Positions 10,232 to 20,858 of a stretch of DNA of 64,000 nt are shown here, piece after piece (position 1 is the first letter of the stretch; every line of letters begins with the position of its first letter). The position numbers and the translations under genes were made by a program. The DNA is from an uncultured bacterium (GTDB lineage: Bacteria > Verrucomicrobiota > Verrucomicrobiia > Limisphaerales > UBA8199): contig CAVVMW010000022.1 of NCBI GenBank assembly GCA_963749495.1, positions 96,001 to 160,000 on the forward strand, given 5' to 3'. The notes under the pieces are model-generated. The model was not told where the DNA came from, searched no databases, and saw only the letters and a program-made list of their open reading frames with translations.

Positions 10232-11337
10232 TCACTCCGCCAGCGTCATGATCCGCTCCGGAGAGGGCCGGTCATGCTTCTGGACCTTGATTCGCAGCTT
10301 GTGGAGGGCCTCGTTTTGGATCTGCCGGATGCGCTCGCGCGTCACTCCAAAGTGTCCGCCGATCTCCTCCAGCGTCCTGGGCGTGTCATCCTCCAGGCCG
10401 TAGCGCATCGAGAGCACCGCCCTCTCACGCGGCGTCAGCGTGGCAAAGACCTCCTTCAACATCTCGAAGTCGCTCGCCCGCACGAGGCGATTGAAGGGGG
10501 CGGCCGCATTCACGTCCGCCACCACCTCGGCCACCTGGTTGGTCTCGTCGCTGGCGCCCAGCGGGGCTTCCAGCGAGACCGGGGCCTTGGAGGCCTGGCG
10601 ATACTCCCGCACCCGCACCGGCTTGAGCCCCACGTACGCCGCCACCTCTTCGTCGGTCGGGTCGCGGTCCAGGGTCTCCCGCAGCCGCGCCTCCGCCCGC
10701 CGGATGTGGGCCACTTTGTCCACGACGTGGACCGGCAGGCGGATCGTCTTGGACTGGTTGGCCAGCGCCCGCTTGATAGCCTGTTTGATCCACCAGGCAG
10801 CATAGGTCGAGAGTTTCGCCCCTTTGGCCGGGTCAAAGCGCTCGACCCCTTTGATCAAACCGATGTTGCCCTCGTTGATCAGGTCCAGCAAGGGCAGCCC
10901 CAAGCCGTCGTAGTCGTGCGCTATCTTGACGACCAGCCGCAAGTTGGCCTTGATCATCTGCTCGCGCGCCTCCGCGTCCCCCCTCTTGATTCGCCGGGCC
11001 AGCACCACCTCCTCTTTGGGTGTCAGCAGTTTCACCTGGCCGATCTCCCTCAGATAGAGCTGGAGCGCCCCGGCCTGCAGCCCGTCGCTCTGAACCGTCT
11101 CTGCCGGCTCATGGTCCTGTTCCGTGTGTTCAGGGTCGTGGGGGGCTCAGGCTCGTAACGGGCGGGGGCCGGGTCCGGCTGGAGGCGCGCCGGCGCGGCA
11201 GCAGGCGGCGGCGCCGCAACCGCAGCCGGGGGCCGCCGGGACAAAACCCGCTTGGGCGCCCGCCCCGCCGCCCGGGCCGGGCGCAGCCTCGCCACCCTCC
11301 GGGGGCGAGTCGTCCGTCGTTTCCTTTTCAAGCGCAT
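10232..11337 (-). CDS. Alternative sigma-70 factor (RpoS/SigA-like, no region 1.1), frameshifted at a G6 run (11140-11145)
   Basis: [46 protein letters not shown]. One extra base in the homopolymer joins the frame to ATG 11337. Confidence 0.88.
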
Positions 11338-11338
11338 A

Positions 11339-11762
11339 TTAGATAATCTGAATCGTTTCTGCATCGAGCAGCAGCCCCGCCAGAGTTGTCCGGGACAGGT
11401 CCTGTTCCAGGGCCGCCTGGGCGGACACAAAGATCTTCCCCAGCGCCGCATGGATCCCTCGACCCACCGGGCAGGCGCCGTTAGGCTTGCGGCGCGGCAG
11501 GCAAAAAGGCCCGCCGCCCTCGACTGCCCGGTACACCTCAGCCAGGTTGATCCGGGCCGCCGGACGGCTCAACCGCGAGCCCCATCCCGAGCCCTTGCGC
11601 GTTTCCACCAGCCTCGCCTTCCGCAGGACCAGCAGCAACCGCCGGATCACCACCGGGTTGGTGTTCACGCTGGCCGCCAGCAACGCCGAGGACACGCAAC
11701 CGCCCTCTTTTCAGCACAGCCAGCACGTGCACAGCCAGTGCAAAGCGGCAACTAGCTCTCAT
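11339..11762 (-). CDS. Rrf2-family regulator (YwnA/HypR-like), frameshifted near 11710
   Basis: MRASCRFALAVHVL in one frame; KEGGCVSSALLAASVNTNPVVIRR..KGSGWG..PNGACPVGRGI in another. Confidence 0.88.
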
Positions 11763-11781
11763 AAGAGGCTCAGCTCTATTT

Positions 11782-11812
11782 ATTATGTAACACGTGGTGT
11801 TACATCTGTCAA
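11782..11812 (-). promoter_or_regulatory. Sigma-70 promoter overlapped by a perfect 9-3-9 operator ATGTAACAC-GTG-GTGTTACAT
   Basis: Minus-strand TTGACA at 11812-11807, palindrome at 11785-11805, TACATAAT -10 region; just upstream of the Rrf2 ATG. Confidence 0.8.
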
Positions 11813-11940
11813 AATCCAGCCACGGAGGGGCGGCACGATATTTGGCCAAGGGGGCGGGCTTCTCTCCGCGCTCGGGGCGGTGCCGGGCTGCGCCTGCCTC
11901 GGCTCCAATCGGGGCTCGGGGCGGGCGCTTCTTGAATGCC

Positions 11941-12159
11941 TCAGCGCAGGCGGTAGGTGATCCGTCCTTTGCTCAAGTCGTAGGGCGACATCTCCAGCCG
12001 GACCCGGTCGCCGACGGTCAGGCGGACAAAATGCTTGCGCATCTTGCCGGAGAGATGCGCCAGAATTTCATGCTTGTTGTCCAGCTTCACGCGGAACATC
12101 GTCCCCGGCAAAACCGTCGAAATCGTGCCCTCAAGTTCGATTGGCTCTTCTACGCTCAT
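11941..12159 (-). CDS. infA: Translation initiation factor IF-1
   Basis: [40 protein letters not shown], 72 aa. Confidence 0.97.
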   Translation of the reverse strand: MSVEEPIELEGTISTVLPGTMFRVKLDNKHEILAHLSGKMRKHFVRLTVGDRVRLEMSPYDLSKGRITYRLR

Positions 12160-12261
12160 TCAAGTTCCCATGGGCTGACTGCTCCCAGGATGATTTTCGG
12201 ATGCCAGCAACCTGCCACTTTTCAGGGGTATTGCAAGCCTGCGTTTTCGAGCGCCGAACTA

Positions 12262-12533
12262 GGGGTGCGATCAAAAGCGTTGGCTATGCGCCTCGGGAGT
12301 TTTGTCCCGGAGGGACATCTGAGAATAGCCCGGCGTTTCAACGCCGGGGAGGCCGCAAAAGGGACCTTCGTCCCGAAGGGACGACTGAAAACACTCCTTG
12401 CTTTCAGCCGTCCCTTCGGGACGGACCTGCTCCTTGGGTCCGCTGACCCGGCGTTGAAACGCCGGGCTATTGTCGGAAGCCCCTTCGGGGCAAAAAGGCG
12501 CCATGGGGTGACCGACAGTTGTAATCGCACCCC
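12262..12533. mobile_element. ~270-bp MITE-like element (TIR GGGTGCGAT) carrying a palindromic doublet
   Basis: Ends gggtgcgat / atcgcaccc; internal aatagcccggcgtttcaacgccggg and gtcccgaagggac units. Inverted homolog at 49448-49717. Confidence 0.85.
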
Positions 12534-12543
12534 CACACCAGCC

Positions 12544-14014
12544 TCAGCGCGGCGGCGTCTCCTCCGGCGGCCTCTTGATGGGCCAGCGATCCGACTCGGT
12601 TCGGGCCGTCTTGAGGTAATCCTCGATCTTCGCCACGACCTTGGGGTTGGCCTCGGCAACGTTGGTCTTCTCGGCCAGGTCGGTCTTCAAATCATAGAGT
12701 TCGAGCTTCTGGCCCGGCTTGAGGCGAAGGGCCTTCCAGTCGCCCATGCGCACGGCCTGCTGGAAGCCGCGTTCGTGGAACTCCCAGTAGAGGAATTCGT
12801 GCCGGTTGGTTTGCGGCCGGCCCAGGAGGGTCGGGAGCAGTGAGAGGCCGTCGAGGTTGCCGGGGGCCTGGGCGCCGGCCAGCTCGGCCGCCGTGGGCAG
12901 GAAGTCCCAAAAGGCCCACGGCGCATCATTGGTCTGGCCGGCCCGGATGCGGCCCGGCCAGCGCACGATCATGGGCACGCGAATGCCTCCTTCATAGAGG
13001 TCGCGCTTGATGCCGCGAAGCGGACCCGAGCTGCCGAAGAACTTCGGGTCAACGCCGCCCTCCTTGTGCGGACCGTTGTCGCTCGAAAAGAAGAGGATCG
13101 TGTGGTCGTCGAGCTTGAGTTGGCGCAGCCGTTCCAGGAGCAGGCCCACGTCCCGGTCCAGGCGCGTGATCATCGCCGCCTTGTTCTTTTCGGTTTGCGG
13201 CCAGGGCTGGTCCGAATAGGGGGCGTCGCTGGGCACCTGCATGCCGTTGCCGGAGCGGGCGCCTTCCTCGTTGTTCGCGTGCGGGATGGTATAGGCCAGG
13301 TAGAGGAAGAAAGGCCGGAATTGATTGAACTGCCTTGGAGCGTTGATGCGCGCGAAGTTGGTTGCGGCCGTCGTGAAGAGATTCATGCACATAGAGCTGC
13401 TTCTTGCCGTCGGCATTCTCAGGGATCGGCTCCGCGTTGTCCCAGCCCGTGTTTGGGTCAAAGCGCCAGAGGTGGTCCGTATAATAATCGTGCGCATGGG
13501 TCTGGTCCAGGAACCCCACGAACTCGTCGAAGCCCTTCTTTTGGGGGACACCGGGCGTGTTCTCGTTGCCCAGCCCCCATTTGCCCACCAGCCCGGTGTG
13601 GTAGCCAGCCTGCTTGAGCACCTCCGCCACCGTCAGGTCCTCCGGCCTCAGGGCCAGCGCGCTGTTGCCCCGGATATAGGCATGGCCGGTGTGCAGCCCC
13701 GTCATCAGGGCGCAGCGCGACGGGGCGCAGACCGTGCTGCCGGCATAGAAACTGGCAAACCGCATGCCCTCCTCCGCCAGCCGGTCAATATTGGGCGTCT
13801 TGATCCGGCCCTGCCCGTAGCAGCCCAGGTCTCCGTAGCCGAGGTCATCGGCCAGGATGAAGATGATGTTCGGTCTTCGCGGCACGGCCGCCGCCGCCGG
13901 GCTGAGGGCATTGGAATTGGATTGCCCCAAGGCGGCCTCCGCCGCCAACGCTCCCAGCCACACCGCCGCCGCCAATCTCATTCGCCCTGCGATGCCCTCG
14001 ATCTGTTTCATCAT
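12544..14014 (-). CDS. Arylsulfatase, +1 frameshift near 13381
   Basis: [44 protein letters not shown]. The two ORF halves overlap at YVH. Confidence 0.9.
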
Positions 14015-14102
14015 AGTGCCAATCCTTGCCAATCCGTCTCCCAAGGTCCAACCAATAAATTCCCATTGCATTTGCGCCCAATCAGGGCAATTTGAAGTGA
14101 AG

Positions 14103-14962
14103 ATGGCTCCCGAACAAGAACCAGACGCCGGAACCGAACCAGCCCAGCAGCAGACTTCCTCTCAACCCGCCCGGCGGGGCCGTGGACGGAGCTGGCGCGG
14201 GCGTGGACGCGGCCGGCGGCCAGCCACGAGCGGGGGACCCGCCCCGGGAGCGCCCGCTCCAGAGCGGGCCGAACCACACTCGACTGAGCCCGCTGCCCCC
14301 TACGAAGAACGCTTCATCCCCGCCCAACCCGCCCCCTCCAGCCAGACCGCCCCGGAACCGGAGGCCGCGGTCGAGCCTCCATCCGAAGGCGAGCCGCCGG
14401 CCCCACCCCAGCCCGAACAACCCGCCAAGGCCCCCGAACCTGCCGAGCGCGCTCAGTTCGACGAGATGACCGAGCCCGAGATGGTCCAGGAATTCGAGCC
14501 CGGCGAAGAGCTCGAGCCCGGCGAAGGCTCGAGCCCGGCGGAGAGCCTGAGTCCGGCAGAGAATTCGAGTCCCCTGCCCCTGCGCAGGGGCAATCCCAGT
14601 CTCCGGTTCAGCGCCGCGATCGGGGCGCGCCAGAGCCGGAGCACGGCCCGACCGCCCGGCCGCAGGCCCCGCCTAAGCCGCCTTACCGGCCTCACCCTCC
14701 GGAGCGCAGGCCCTTTGCCCCGCCACCGCCTCCCGCGCGGCCCTGCGAGCCCGCCTCTCCTGCAGGCATCAAAAAGGCCATCGAAGACGTCAACGACATC
14801 CTGGCCACCCTCCGTCAAATGGTCGACCAAATGGAAGAGGTGCTCGAGACCGTGGAGATGGCTGAACGGCAAAAGGACGCCGACGAACACGAAATCGAGT
14901 CGCTCCGCCGCGCCCTCAGGCAGTTCCATCGCCCCCGCGAGGGCGGGGGACACCGCCACTGA
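14103..14962 (+). CDS. Pro/Glu-rich hypothetical protein with C-terminal coiled coil, frameshift near 14575
   Basis: MAPEQEP.. with 18-bp repeats ([18 protein letters not shown]); C-terminus [27 protein letters not shown] is in another frame. Confidence 0.7.
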
Positions 14963-14994
14963 GCCGTTGGCCCTTCCGCAGCCGGCTTTCTTAG

Positions 14995-15257
14995 CCCGGA
15001 TATTTCATAGTTTGAAAGCGGCGTCAGGCTTTCGATGCTGCGTAGCGCAGGTTTCCAACCTGCTGTATCGCCGACTTCCAGTCGGCAGGGCGTTCATATA
15101 TGGGCGAGGCGCCCGCAGGTTGGAAACCTGCGATGCAGCAGATTGGAAATCTGCGCTACGCCTTCCGGCTGGCGAGACCTGTACCACTCTCTGTCAACTT
15201 CTTGTTTTTTTGAAAGAAGTTTTGGTTGCGGCTCTGCCGCGCTGTGAAATATGCGGG
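14995..15257. mobile_element. MITE (TIR CCCGGATATTTCA / TGAAATATGCGGG, TSD TTAG) carrying a GTAG REP-like doublet
   Basis: TTAG at 14991-14994 and 15258-15261; doublet at 15042-15159; near-identical copy at 19673-19940. Confidence 0.92.
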
Positions 15258-15260
15258 TTA

Positions 15261-15401
15261 GAGCCTGTCCCAAAAGCTCTGATCTCGGACCTTTGTCGCA
15301 GCCTTTGTCGAAACCTTTGTCGAGAAATGGCCCATCCGACAAAGGTTTCGACAAAGGCTGCGACAAAGGCTCCCCACACGCGGGGTTTTTGGGACAGGCT
15401 C
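15261..15401. mobile_element. MITE (15-bp perfect TIR GAGCCTGTCCCAAAA, TA flanks) carrying palindromic 12-bp repeats
   Basis: ta-gagcctgtcccaaaa ... ttttgggacaggctc-ta. Confidence 0.88.
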
Positions 15402-15403
15402 TA

Positions 15404-15600
15404 CCTGGGCAGGCTCTGGTGTATTACCTTGCCATCCGCCCCGATGTAGAGTCTTGGGTGATGAATCTCGTCCTCGAAGGTGAATATGTAGAGGACCTGG
15501 CCGCCCCGGGTCTCCTTGTTGATACGCGTAATCTCTGCGCCCGGGGCTTGGGTTGCGTTTTGGCCGCGCTTGCGTTTGTGGGGAGCCCCCTTTGGCTTCT
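15404..15600 (-). pseudogene. PepSY-like domain fragment
   Basis: APGAEITRINKETRGGQVLYIFTFED..RLYIGADGKV; no start, bounded by repeats. Confidence 0.5.
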
Positions 15601-15615
15601 GCCAATGCATTGGGA

Positions 15616-15762
15616 CCGTGAACCGGTCAGGGGCCCGAGGCTGCGAAGCGTTTTGGGCTGCGGCAGTCCTCTGCCGCTTTCACGTTCCCAGAACCAGGGA
15701 CTGAAAAGCGGCAGAGGACTGCCGCAGTCCAAAACCTCGCGGGCCTCCTCACGGGTTCATGG
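15616..15762. repeat. Palindromic doublet, family D (TTGGACTGCGGCAGTCCTCTGCCGCTTT), in CCGTGAACC/GGTTCATGG ends
   Basis: Core at 15651-15734; other copies at 42984-43064 and 45435-45517. Confidence 0.88.
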
Positions 15763-16164
15763 AGAGGAACCGGTGTGGTTTTTGCCGGTCATCGGCATCG
15801 AGCCGGCAAAAAGCTCACGCGCCAGACGCATCGCCCTCCGCCCGGACACGCGGAACTTCAAGGAGGTCCGCAAAATGCCTTTCGCATAACTGTTTGCCTC
15901 ATGAAAATTCGCCGCGTCCGCCCTCGCTTCTCTTGGGTCCATCGCAGCCCCCAAGGACTCGATGAACTTGAAGTCCTCGGAAAAGAAGTTCGGGATCAAG
16001 AGCCGGAGGATGCCGGCGAAGGGCCTGGCGTGCCAATACAACAATTTGCGGAAAGCGCGTTCACTGTAATCGGAGACTGGGCAGTCGAACCGCTCACAAA
16101 ACAGTTCTCGGAATTGCCTCCGCCGATGGAAATCGCGTTTGGGGGGAAAAAAGGCGTCTCTCAA
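15757..16164 (-). CDS. Hypothetical protein
   Basis: Protein-like ORF FRELFCERFDCP..AFRKLLYWHARP..FRVSGRR; stop codon lies in the repeat end. Confidence 0.55.
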   Translation of the reverse strand: MRDAFFPPKRDFHRRRQFRELFCERFDCPVSDYSERAFRKLLYWHARPFAGILRLLIPNFFSEDFKFIESLGAAMDPREARADAANFHEANSYAKGILRTSLKFRVSGRRAMRLARELFAGSMPMTGKNHTGSSP

Positions 16165-16326
16165 AGGTCATATTGCACGTCGGCTGAGGCCACGGATGCT
16201 CTCATGCGCCGAGCCTAACATGATCTTCGCAAGATATAATTCGGGGCATTGCTGGAAAGCGCCCAAGGGAATCACCGGGGGATCAAAGGCGGACCAAGAG
16301 CGAGACGACGCTAGTGCCACAGGGCC

Positions 16327-16884
16327 GTGCGCCTTGCCTGGATTGGCCGTATCAACGAAGCGGGTCAACCGGATGGCGTGCCGGTTCTGGTGCTCAGGGG
16401 AACACCACAGTCCCAACTCCTTTATGACCGCTGGGTCGAGGACGCACAGTCGCGCGGCATTCGGCTGATCTGCTATGAGCGACCGGGCTACGGAGGGTCA
16501 ACACCGCATCCGGGTCGTACGGTGGCCAGTGCGGCGAAGGATGTCGCCGCGATTGCCAGGGAGCTTGGCCTGAATCGCCTGTTAGTTTGGGGGGTGTCGG
16601 GAGGTGGGCCACACGCTCTGGCCTGTGCGGCTCTGCTACCAGGCCTGGTCGTGGCCGCGGCCGTGCTGGCCTCGCCAGCACCCTACCCGGCCGAAGGGCT
16701 GGACTATTTTGCCGGGATGGGGGAGACCAATGTTGCGGAGTCCCGTGCCGCACTCAAAAGCCGAGAGGCTTGTGAGCAGTTTGTGGAGGCAGATGCAGCT
16801 AAACTATTGACGGTCATATTACTCTCTCCCTTCGCCGTATCCCTGAGGTTCATGCCTGGCTATTGGGCAAGATGTAGCGTATAA
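16327..16884 (+). pseudogene. Alpha/beta hydrolase fragment, truncated at both ends
   Basis: ERPGYGGS, GVSGGGPHALACAA; similarity stops near 16810. Confidence 0.8.
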
Positions 16885-16963
16885 CAGTGGCGCCGCAGAG
16901 CCCCTGCCGGCGAATCGAAAGAACCGAGGTGCGTCCGCTAAGCCAATTTGTTAGGCTTCGGCC

Positions 16964-18526
16964 ATGACACGCATCCTGTACCTCTGGCTGCTCTCCGTGC
17001 TGCCAGCCCTGGCGGCCGTCTCCTCAAGCCCGCGTCCCAATATCCTCTTCATCCTCGTGGACGACTACGGCATCAAGGATGTGGGCATCGAGGGCAGCAC
17101 GTTTTACGAGACGCCCCATATCGACACCCTGGCCCGGAGCGGCATGCGCTTCACCCAGGGCTACGCCAACTGCCAGGTGTGCAGCCCCTCGCGCGCGAGT
17201 ATCCTGCTGGGGAAATACCCCACGCGGCACGGCATCACGGACTGGATTGGCGCCGGGGTGGGCGAGGCCTTCGCCAGGGAGCGGCACGTTAAGCTGCTGC
17301 CCCCGGATTATGTCCGTAACCTGCCTGCCGCGGACACCACCCTGGCCGAGGCACTGAAGGAAGCGGGCTACGCGACGTTCTTCGCCGGCAAATGGCACTT
17401 GGGGACCAAGGGTTCGTGGCCGGAGGATCACGGCTTCGACATCAACAAGGGCGGCTGGGACGCGGGCAGTCCGATAGGCGGTTACTACGCTCCGTGGCAA
17501 AACCCCACACTGCCCAGCGGTCCGCCCGGTGAATCGCTTACCCAGCGTCTGGCCAACGAGACCATCGCTTTCATGGAACAGCACCCGGACAAGCCGTTCC
17601 TGGCCTACCTGTCGTTTTACGCGGTACACGGGCCGATCCAAACCACCAAACCGCTCTGGAGCAAGTATCGCGAAAAGGCCGCCAAGCTGCCAGCCCCGGC
17701 GGCGCGCTTTAAAATCGATCACACGCTGCCGGTTCGGCAGGTGCAGGATAATCCCATCTACGCTGGTCTGATCGAAGAGCTGGACACGGCCGTGGGCCGG
17801 GTGTTGAGGCGCCTCGATGAACTGGGCTTGGCAGACAACACCATCGTTATTTTTACGAGCGACAACGGCGGCGTTTCCTCGGGCGACAGCTTCAGTTCTT
17901 CCGAACTGCCCTACCGCGGCGGCAAGGGCCGTCAATGGGAAGGCGGCTTGCGCGTGCCGCTTTATATCAGGGCGCCCGGCGTCACCCGTCCCGGCAGCAG
18001 TTGCGATACCCCGGTGATCGGCACCGACTTCTATCCCACCATTCTCCAACTAGCAGGCTTGCCCTTGCGGCCGCAACAGCACGTGGATGGAGTCAGTCTC
18101 GTGCCGTTGCTCAAAGGCGGGCAGATCCCGGCGCGACCACTCTTCTGGCACTACCCCCACTATGGCAACCAGGGCGGCGAACCCTCATCGATCGTCCGCA
18201 AAGGCGACTGGAAGCTCATCCATTACTGGGAGGACGGCCGCAACGAGCTGTACCACTTGCCTGAGGACCTCGGTGAAGAGCACGACCTGGCGGCCAGAGA
18301 CGTGGAGCGAACCGGGCAACTCTGGACGGATCTGCAGGCCTGGCTCAAAGAAACGCACGCCATAATCCCGCGACCCAATCCCGAATATACGGAAACGATG
18401 GCCGAGCAGAATCGCAAGGACGCGCAAGCACTCAAGACTCATCTTGAAAAAACGCATGCCACCTACCTCGACCCCGCTTGGCAACCCGATCCCACGTGGT
18501 GGAAAAGCCTAGTACCTGGAGACTGA
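16964..18526 (+). CDS. Sulfatase (arylsulfatase A-like), secreted
   Basis: PNILFILVDD, CSPSRAS, GKWHLG, SDNGG, EGGLRVP, WHYPHY. Confidence 0.95.
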   Translation: MTRILYLWLLSVLPALAAVSSSPRPNILFILVDDYGIKDVGIEGSTFYETPHIDTLARSGMRFTQGYANCQVCSPSRASILLGKYPTRHGITDWIGAGVGEAFARERHVKLLPPDYVRNLPAADTTLAEALKEAGYATFFAGKWHLGTKGSWPEDHGFDINKGGWDAGSPIGGYYAPWQNPTLPSGPPGESLTQRLANETIAFMEQHPDKPFLAYLSFYAVHGPIQTTKPLWSKYREKAAKLPAPAARFKIDHTLPVRQVQDNPIYAGLIEELDTAVGRVLRRLDELGLADNTIVIFTSDNGGVSSGDSFSSSELPYRGGKGRQWEGGLRVPLYIRAPGVTRPGSSCDTPVIGTDFYPTILQLAGLPLRPQQHVDGVSLVPLLKGGQIPARPLFWHYPHYGNQGGEPSSIVRKGDWKLIHYWEDGRNELYHLPEDLGEEHDLAARDVERTGQLWTDLQAWLKETHAIIPRPNPEYTETMAEQNRKDAQALKTHLEKTHATYLDPAWQPDPTWWKSLVPGD

Positions 18527-18570
18527 CGGCACGCAATACGAGGTCCTCTGCCTCCAGCTCTACTGGCAAG

Positions 18571-19073
18571 TCAGCCCGCATTGAGTTCCCAGCCCTCGCG
18601 GCACTCCCGCTTCACCCAGCGGTTCAGCGCCGGCAGGTTCGGGCAGCGCAGGTTCGCGCTGTCCCATTCCACCTTCGCACCGACCCCCGCTTTGATGGCC
18701 AGGTGCCCGAGCAGGAGGAACTCGGTTATGGCCGAGGCGTAGCTGAAGTCGGCGCAGGTCGGTTTCCCCTCCTTGCAGCTTTGGATGAAGTGATCGAAAT
18801 GCGAACCTTTGATCCGCGGGATGCGTGGCTGGGGTACGGGAAAGGCCCGGTGCGCCGCCTCCGGCCACAGCCGTGGTCTTTGGCCGTAGCAACCGGTGTG
18901 CATCACGCCCTTGGTCCCGATGTAGAGCGTGCCGCCGTCCCAGCCCTCGTGGAAGTCCCATGTGGAGGATCGGCCAGGACGAACGGGGCCGGAAACAGAC
19001 GCGAGGCCCCCATAAGGCCCGCGCCAGCCACCATGTTCTTGAGCCACCATCGCCGGGTGCATCGCTTTGTCAT
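18571..19073 (-). pseudogene. Gfo/Idh/MocA oxidoreductase remnant: Tat-like N-terminus joined out of frame to the C-terminus
   Basis: MTKRCTRRWWLK..PAPFVLADPP | WDFHEGWDGGTLYIGTKG..ADFSYASAITEFLLLGHLA..RECREGWEL; junction ~18962. Confidence 0.8.
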
Positions 19074-19141
19074 CTGGTCAGAGCTTGTAACACAAAGAGG
19101 CCGCGCTGGCCAAGCGGCGAAATCTCTGCGACGCTGAACAT

Positions 19142-19399
19142 ATGGGATCGTATCAGGATTCGACATACCTCATGGTCTCCTTCGGAGGCGTCTTCTCCGA
19201 TGCGAACACGGCCAACCAGCGCATCCGCTTGCTCTGGCTTGGCTGCGGCACCGAAGATCGCCTCTATGGCGCCGGCAAGAGTGTGCACGAAGCCCTGACA
19301 GCCGCCGGGGTTCAGCACGTTTGGATCGAAGGTCCGGGCTCCCACGAGTGGCAGGTCTGGCGCAGACACCTTCACGATTTGGCCCCGCGCCTCTTCTAA
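19142..19399 (+). pseudogene. Esterase C-terminal fragment
   Basis: LLWLGCGTED..GSHEWQVWRRHLHDLAPRLF. Confidence 0.75.
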
Positions 19400-20241
19400 A
19401 GATTTGAGGGGTAGGCTGGGTTGAAGGTGCTGGTTTCACGGCTCGAGCGGCGCAGGCCTCCAGGCTGCGACATGAGCTCCTTGAGCAGCGCGAGATGGTC
19501 CTCGTAAACGCCCCGGGGTGTGGTCGCTTGGCACACGCAAATCCACGCGGCCTTGCCGACAACTTCGCCCATCATGCCGCATGTTCGCATCACGCGGACC
19601 GGGCCAAGCGCCTCATGGTCCACGCTGATGTCGCGGCCGGCCATGAAGAGATTCGCGACTTTCCGGGTGTCGCCCGGATATTTCATAGTTTGAAGGCGGC
19701 GTCAGGCCTCCGATGCTGCGTAGCGCAGGTTTCCAACCTGCTGTATCGCCGACTTCCAGTCGGCAGGGCGTTCATATATGGGCGAGGCGCCCGCAGGTTG
19801 GAAACCTGCGATGCAGCAGATTGGAAATCTGCGCTACGCCTTCCGGCTGGCGAGACCTGTACCACTCTCTGTCAACTTCTTGTTTTTTTGAAAGAAGTTT
19901 TGGTTGCGGCTCTGCCCATGCGCGCTGGGAAATATGCGGGGTAGAGGCAGCGGTAGGGCACCCGGCGCCTTCCACGACGCGACCCAATCGCGCGTGCGCA
20001 CCCAGACACGACAACTGCCGGGCGAGGGAAACTTCGCCCTCGTCACCGCATCGCGCACGGGGACACCCAGGCCGTGCGCCAACCGATAGGGCGAGCCCAT
20101 CTGGTCCATCAACTGCTGGTCCACATCCCAACCGCCCGTCTCAGCGAACTGTTCGGCCTCCAGCAGGACGTGCTGTGCCGGGGCCGTCGGCGTGAGCACA
20201 GCGAGGCAGGCGAATAGCAGCAGGAGTGAATTCGGCGTCAT
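19396..20241 (-). pseudogene. FAD-dependent oxidoreductase remnant: internal deletion plus MITE insertion
   Basis: N-terminus LLEAEQF..GGWDVDQQ..AHGLG..WKAPGA joined at ~19957 to PYRCLY[MITE]TRKVANLFMAGRDISV.HEALGPVRVM. Confidence 0.85.
19673..19940. mobile_element. Second copy of the CCCGGATATTTCA MITE
   Basis: Nearly identical to 14995-15257. Flanks GTCG/GTAG; removal restores the codons CLYTRK. Confidence 0.92.
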
Positions 20242-20447
20242 CCGAGGGTATTCTTCGATAACCAACGACCGCCTTTCAAGGCTCAATTCTCAATTCAGCC
20301 GAAAAAGGCGCATCCTGGGACCGTCTGCCGAAGACTCCCCACAGCTTTCACTCGCAATTTGGGCGTCAGTGACATCCCCCGCCAAGTATTCCAAGCCGTT
20401 CCGATTCGCCGGCCGACTGGCAACGGTCCCTCTCTGCGTTCTTCGCG

Positions 20448-20478
20448 CCTGCCCGCGGAAGCCTCGGCACAGGCAGGT
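20448..20478. repeat. Short imperfect palindrome cctgcccgcggaagcctcggcacaggcagg
   Basis: CCTGCC...GGCAGG stem, with ends related to the 41275-41295 insert. Confidence 0.55.
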
Positions 20479-20588
20479 CTCTGCATTTTCTCTGCTGCCA
20501 CGCCATTTGAACAGACCCCGCTTAGAGACTACTTCTCTTACGGTTTCTTGAGGCTTGTCTTCAACCCAACTTACGCTAGAGTTTGGAC

Positions 20589-20858
20589 ATGGCGAACTCG
20601 AACGATCTGGGCAGTCTGGAACGGCTCCTGCGGCCTTTGCGGCGGGAGTTGAGCGCCGAGTTGGCGGACGCCTTGCTGCGCCTGAAGGCGGACGCGGAAG
20701 TGCAGGCCCGGTACGACGAACTGGCTGGCAAGAACACCGAAGGCGCGCTCACCGCCCCGGAACGTGCGGAGTTGGAGTCGTTGGTCCACGCCAACTCAGT
20801 CCTGAGTCTTTTGAAGGCCGAGGCGCGCGCCCTGTTGCAGCAGCCGAAGGCTGCCTGA
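20589..20858 (+). CDS. Small helical protein, putative antitoxin partner of the HNH nuclease
   Basis: ARYDELAGKNTEGALTAPERAELE..LLKAEA; stop overlaps the next ATG (TGATG). Confidence 0.7.
   Translation: MANSNDLGSLERLLRPLRRELSAELADALLRLKADAEVQARYDELAGKNTEGALTAPERAELESLVHANSVLSLLKAEARALLQQPKAA

Noticed and set aside
11140..11149. TGA readthrough or programmed frameshift in the sigma gene
   Set aside because: A one-base change in the adjacent G6 run explains it, and similar slips occur across the window.
3975..15370. 12-bp CCTTTGTCG repeats and the heptamer arrays as CRISPR arrays
   Set aside because: Units are too short, have no unique spacers, are partly arranged as inverted sets, and no cas genes are present.
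15005..19944. Duplicated short ORFs (MVQVSPAGRR.., MLRSAGFQP..) as genes
   Set aside because: They are translations of the two MITE copies.
19673..19960. MITE as the cause of the FAD oxidoreductase deletion
   Set aside because: The deletion join lies about 16 bp outside the element and the TSD is retained, so these are separate events.
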